Source: Pseudomonas aeruginosa PAO1 (lineage in GTDB: Bacteria > Pseudomonadota > Gammaproteobacteria > Pseudomonadales > Pseudomonadaceae). Taken from it: 64,000 bases of DNA. Within the stretch, counting starts at the first letter, position 1; the number at the start of each line of letters is the position of its first letter. A program made the position numbers and the translations under genes. Shown in pieces: positions 60,706 through 64,000 of this stretch. The stretch is from NCBI RefSeq assembly GCF_000006765.1, contig NC_002516.2; one strand, written 5' to 3'. The notes under the pieces were generated by a model, which was not told where the DNA came from, searched no databases, and was given only the letters and a program-made list of their open reading frames with translations.

Positions 60706-61541
60706 TGGCCGGCGAGTTCCGCTGGCAGGCAGGTCGGCCGGCTACCGCCCAGGTCGGCGGCTGGGTGCTCGCGCACTGTCAGCAGCGCTTCCTCCAGGAC
60801 GACAACGGCCTGCTGTTCCCCCGCGAATGGCTGAAGCGCCAGGAACTCCCGCTGCTCGCCGAACATGGGGTCGGCCATTGGCAGGGCGAGCCGGTCTACG
60901 TGCTGGAACTGGACGAGCCGATCGAGCTGCCGGGCATGGCCTGGGCGCCGTTGCGGCAGTTCATGCTGCACGGCGATTTCGATCAGTTCTGCATGCTCGG
61001 CTATGCCAGCCAGATCGGCATCTGGGCACGTCACAACCGGTTCTGCGGCAATTGCGGCACACGCATGCAGGCGCAGGACCACGAGCGGGTGATGCAGTGT
61101 CCGCAGTGCGGGCTGCACCAGTACCCGCGCCTGTCGCCGAGCATGATCGTCCTGGTGACCCGGGGCGACGAGGTGTTGCTGGCGCGTTCGCCGCGCTTCG
61201 TGCCGGGGGTCTACAGTACCCTGGCCGGCTTCGTCGAGGCCGGCGAGTCGGTGGAGCAGTGCGTGGTCCGCGAGGTGCGCGAAGAGGTCGGGGTGGAGGT
61301 CGCCAATCTCGAATACATCGGCAGCCAGAACTGGCCGTTCCCGCATTCGCTGATGCTCGGTTTCCACGCCGAGTACGTGTCCGGCGAGATCGTCCCGCAG
61401 GAAGACGAGATCGAGGACGCCCAGTGGTTCTCCCTCGATGCCTTGCCGCCGCTACCGGCGCAGCGCTCGATCGCCCGGCACCTGATCGACCTGTACCTGG
61501 CGCGCCGCTCAGGCGCCGCTGAACCAGTGCTGCCAGGCTAG
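60705..61541 (+). CDS. nudC: NADH pyrophosphatase / NAD-cap decapping enzyme
   Basis: RFCGNCG...CPQC zinc finger, YPRLSP, Nudix box GFVEAGES...REVREE and [11 protein letters not shown]. Confidence 0.94.
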   Translation: MAGEFRWQAGRPATAQVGGWVLAHCQQRFLQDDNGLLFPREWLKRQELPLLAEHGVGHWQGEPVYVLELDEPIELPGMAWAPLRQFMLHGDFDQFCMLGYASQIGIWARHNRFCGNCGTRMQAQDHERVMQCPQCGLHQYPRLSPSMIVLVTRGDEVLLARSPRFVPGVYSTLAGFVEAGESVEQCVVREVREEVGVEVANLEYIGSQNWPFPHSLMLGFHAEYVSGEIVPQEDEIEDAQWFSLDALPPLPAQRSIARHLIDLYLARRSGAAEPVLPG

Positions 61542-62288
61542 CCGCGCGGTCAGCGCCAGGACCACCAGGATGAACACCGGGCGAATGAACTTCGCCCCGC
61601 CGCCGATGGCAGTGCGCGCGCCGAAATAGGCGCCGACCATCAGCGACGCACCCATGCACAGGCCGAGCAACCAGATCACCTGGCCGGAGGCGATGAACAC
61701 CGCCAGCGCCACTATGTTGCTGACGAAGTTCATGCTCCGCGCCACACCGCTGGCGCGGACCAGGTCCAGCGGGTACATGAGCAGCGAGCTGACGGTCCAG
61801 AACGCTCCGGTGCCCGGTCCCGCCACGCCGTCGTAGAAGCCCAGGGCGAGGCCCTGCGGCCACTGGCGCTTGCGTCCGAGCGGCGCATCGGCGTCCAGCG
61901 GCGCCTTCGGCGTGCCGCCGAAGAGCATGTAGAGGCCGCAGGTGAATACCACCACCGGGAGCATCCGGTTCAGCCACTCGGCGGGCAGCAGGTGAGCCGC
62001 CCAGGCGCCTATGGCGGCGCCGATCGCGGTGGCGAGCAGACCGTTGCGCCATTTCCCGGGATGGAACAGCTTGCGCCGGTAGAAGGTGTAGCTGGCGGTC
62101 GCCGCACCGAAGGTCGAGCTCAGCTTGTTGGTACCCAGCGCCAGGTGCGGCGGGACCCCGGCGGTGAGCAGCGCAGGGATGGTCAACAGGCCGCCGCCGC
62201 CGGCGATGGCGTCGATGAAGCCGGCGAGAAAGGCCACCACGGCCAGGATGATCAGGGTGCTGGGGTCTATCGCGAGTTCGAAGGGCAT
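61509..62288 (-). CDS. TSUP (TauE/SafE, YfcA-like) membrane transporter
   Basis: [20 protein letters not shown] and [12 protein letters not shown]. Confidence 0.88.
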   Translation of the reverse strand: MPFELAIDPSTLIILAVVAFLAGFIDAIAGGGGLLTIPALLTAGVPPHLALGTNKLSSTFGAATASYTFYRRKLFHPGKWRNGLLATAIGAAIGAWAAHLLPAEWLNRMLPVVVFTCGLYMLFGGTPKAPLDADAPLGRKRQWPQGLALGFYDGVAGPGTGAFWTVSSLLMYPLDLVRASGVARSMNFVSNIVALAVFIASGQVIWLLGLCMGASLMVGAYFGARTAIGGGAKFIRPVFILVVLALTARLAWQHWFSGA

Positions 62289-62388
62289 GAAAAACCGGAC
62301 CTGCTTCCAATCGGGAAACGGCCTCGCTGGCCGTCGGGAGGAGGGGTGCGCATAATGCCCGCAATTTCACGCAGAAGGAATCGCTTGC

Positions 62389-63033
62389 ATGCAGTACGAC
62401 GGTCTGGCCTGGGCATTCGCGTTACTGGCCTTGCTGGCCGCCCTGGTCGCGGGGCGCATCCTCTTCGAACGCACCTGGTTCCTCGGCTGGCTGCGCGGCA
62501 CCTGCGGCTTGGCCTTCGTCGCCGTGGCGGCGCTGCTGCTGGTGCTCGCCTGGGACCTGCGCAGCTATTCGCTGCTCAAGCCCGAGCAGCCGATGGCCAC
62601 CCTGAGCTTCCAGGCCGAAGGGCCGCAGCGCTACCGGGTGCTGATCCAGGAGGGCGCCAACGAGCGCAGCGTGGTGCTGGACGGCGAACTCTGGCAACTG
62701 GACGCGCGGATTTTCCGCTGGAAGGGGCTGGCCGCGTTGATCGGTCTGGCGCCGGGCTATCGCCTCGACGCGCTCAGCGGCCGCTTCCTGGCCCTCGAGC
62801 AGCAGTCCCGGGGCCGCCGCCTGGGCTTGTCGCAGAGTCCGCTGGGGGTCGATCTCTGGCGCTGGCTGCGGGCCGGCGAGCACGACCTGTTCCTGTTCGA
62901 GCCGCTGGCGGGGCGGGTGACTTTCCTGCCGATGGCGGACAAGGCGGTGTTCGCGGTGAACTACGGCGTCGCCGGGCTGCTTGCCGAGCCGATGAACCTG
63001 GCGGCCGAGGAGGCGCTCAGGGACTGGCGCTAG
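62389..63033 (+). CDS. Hypothetical membrane protein (two N-terminal TM helices plus soluble domain)
   Basis: GC3 bias, AGGA RBS, two hydrophobic segments; no family recognised. Confidence 0.72.
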   Translation: MQYDGLAWAFALLALLAALVAGRILFERTWFLGWLRGTCGLAFVAVAALLLVLAWDLRSYSLLKPEQPMATLSFQAEGPQRYRVLIQEGANERSVVLDGELWQLDARIFRWKGLAALIGLAPGYRLDALSGRFLALEQQSRGRRLGLSQSPLGVDLWRWLRAGEHDLFLFEPLAGRVTFLPMADKAVFAVNYGVAGLLAEPMNLAAEEALRDWR

Positions 63034-63935
63034 GCCATGCGAAAAGCCGGGGCGGCGGCGAGCGCCTGGGCGGTTTCGCGAAAGCGTTCGATGAGTTCCG
63101 ACGGCGTGCGGTAGGCCAGCGCCAGCCGATAGGGAATTCGCGCCCGCCGCCCTTGCAGGGGACGAAAGGTGACCCCCGGCGGGCGCAACGGTTGTAGCAA
63201 CGAAGGCACTAGCGCGACGCCGATGCCGCCGGCCACCAGCCCGGCGATGGTCTGCATCTGCCGCGCCTCCTGCACCACCTCCGGGACGAAGCCGGCTGCC
63301 GCGCAGGCGGCGACGATCAGGTCGTGCATGCCCGGCCCATAGTGCCGTGGAAACAGCAGCCAGGGTTCTCCGGCCAGTTGTTCCAGGCGCAGGCGCGCAT
63401 GGCGTGCCAGCCGATGCCCTTCGGGCAATGCCACGCGCATGTCGCCGTCCACCAGTAGATGTGTGTACAGGCCGGGCTGGCGGTCGACCGGCAGGACGAT
63501 CAGGCCGGCATCGATGCGGTCTTCGCGCAACGCCTCCAGTTGCCCCGCGGTGGTGTCTTCCTGGAGCTGGAAGTCCAGCGCGCCATGCTGGTGGCGGAAC
63601 GCCTGGAGTATGCGCGGTAGCAGAATATTGATGGTGCTGTCGACGAACGCCAGGCGCAACGTTCTGCGTCCGCTGGCGGCGCTGCGCGCGGCCGCCAGGG
63701 TGCGTTCGGCCTGGGCCAGGGTGCGCCGGGCTTCGTCGAGGAACGCGCGGCCTGCCGGCGTCAGGCGGTGGATACGGTTGTCACGCTCCAGCAGGCTGGC
63801 GCCGACTTCTTCTTCCAGCCGCCGGATCGCAGTGGTCAGCGGTGGCTGGGCCATGTGCAGGCGCTCAGCGGCGCGGCGGAAGCTCAGCTCCTCGGCAACC
63901 GCGACGAACTGGCGGAACTGGCGTAAGTCGGCCAT
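63030..63935 (-). CDS. LysR-family transcriptional regulator
   Basis: FVAVAEELSFRRAAERLHMAQPPLT HTH and QTIAGLVAGGIGVALVP. Confidence 0.94.
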   Translation of the reverse strand: MADLRQFRQFVAVAEELSFRRAAERLHMAQPPLTTAIRRLEEEVGASLLERDNRIHRLTPAGRAFLDEARRTLAQAERTLAAARSAASGRRTLRLAFVDSTINILLPRILQAFRHQHGALDFQLQEDTTAGQLEALREDRIDAGLIVLPVDRQPGLYTHLLVDGDMRVALPEGHRLARHARLRLEQLAGEPWLLFPRHYGPGMHDLIVAACAAAGFVPEVVQEARQMQTIAGLVAGGIGVALVPSLLQPLRPPGVTFRPLQGRRARIPYRLALAYRTPSELIERFRETAQALAAAPAFRMA

Positions 63936-63939
63936 TGCG

Positions 63940-63954
63940 ATATCTCCCGGATAT
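63940..63954. promoter_or_regulatory. Candidate LysR recognition box
   Basis: ATAT-N7-ATAT (T-N11-A with dyad) immediately upstream of the LysR start. Confidence 0.45.
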
Positions 63955-64000
63955 GGTGAGTTAAGAAAGACAGTATTGGATATATCGCGGCGGATCCGTC

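Overview
Ordinary high-GC core chromosome of Pseudomonas aeruginosa. Gene order and proteins match my recollection of PAO1 oprF (PA1777) to PA1826; I did not check this against a database. In order, the window holds: the 3' end of oprF; the assimilatory nitrate cluster (nasS-nasT, a PL7 lyase, nasA, a PP2C-kinase fusion, nirB-nirD-nasC-cobA); acnB; a DUF1289 protein, a Usp, miaE and an SPFH protein; lpxH-ppiB and glnS-cysS; folD; a tRNA operon (Arg-His-Leu-His); a small ORF; the parRS locus with a beta-lactamase-fold gene; tig-clpP-clpX-lon-hupB-tRNA-Asp-ppiD; fabI; the Yej/Npp peptide ABC transporter; mltD, gloB, yafS, rnhA and dnaQ; ldcA with its antiporter; nhaB; an enoyl-CoA hydratase; fimL, nudC, a TSUP transporter, a hypothetical membrane protein and a LysR regulator. 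I found no prophage, IS, integrase, CRISPR array or rRNA. The most interesting signals are small and absent from or unflagged in the ORF track: (1) a 38-codon remnant of an outer-membrane beta-barrel gene (signal peptide joined to a C-terminal YRF strand) coupled to a catalytically dead beta-lactamase-fold protein downstream of parRS; (2) a 73-aa helical small protein behind a near-consensus AlgU/sigma-E promoter; (3) a second ANTAR dual-hairpin attenuator, upstream of nasA; (4) a membrane-anchored phosphatase-kinase fusion inside the nitrate cluster; (5) a long structured acnB leader. Start codons were refined by hand from RBS position and family knowledge.
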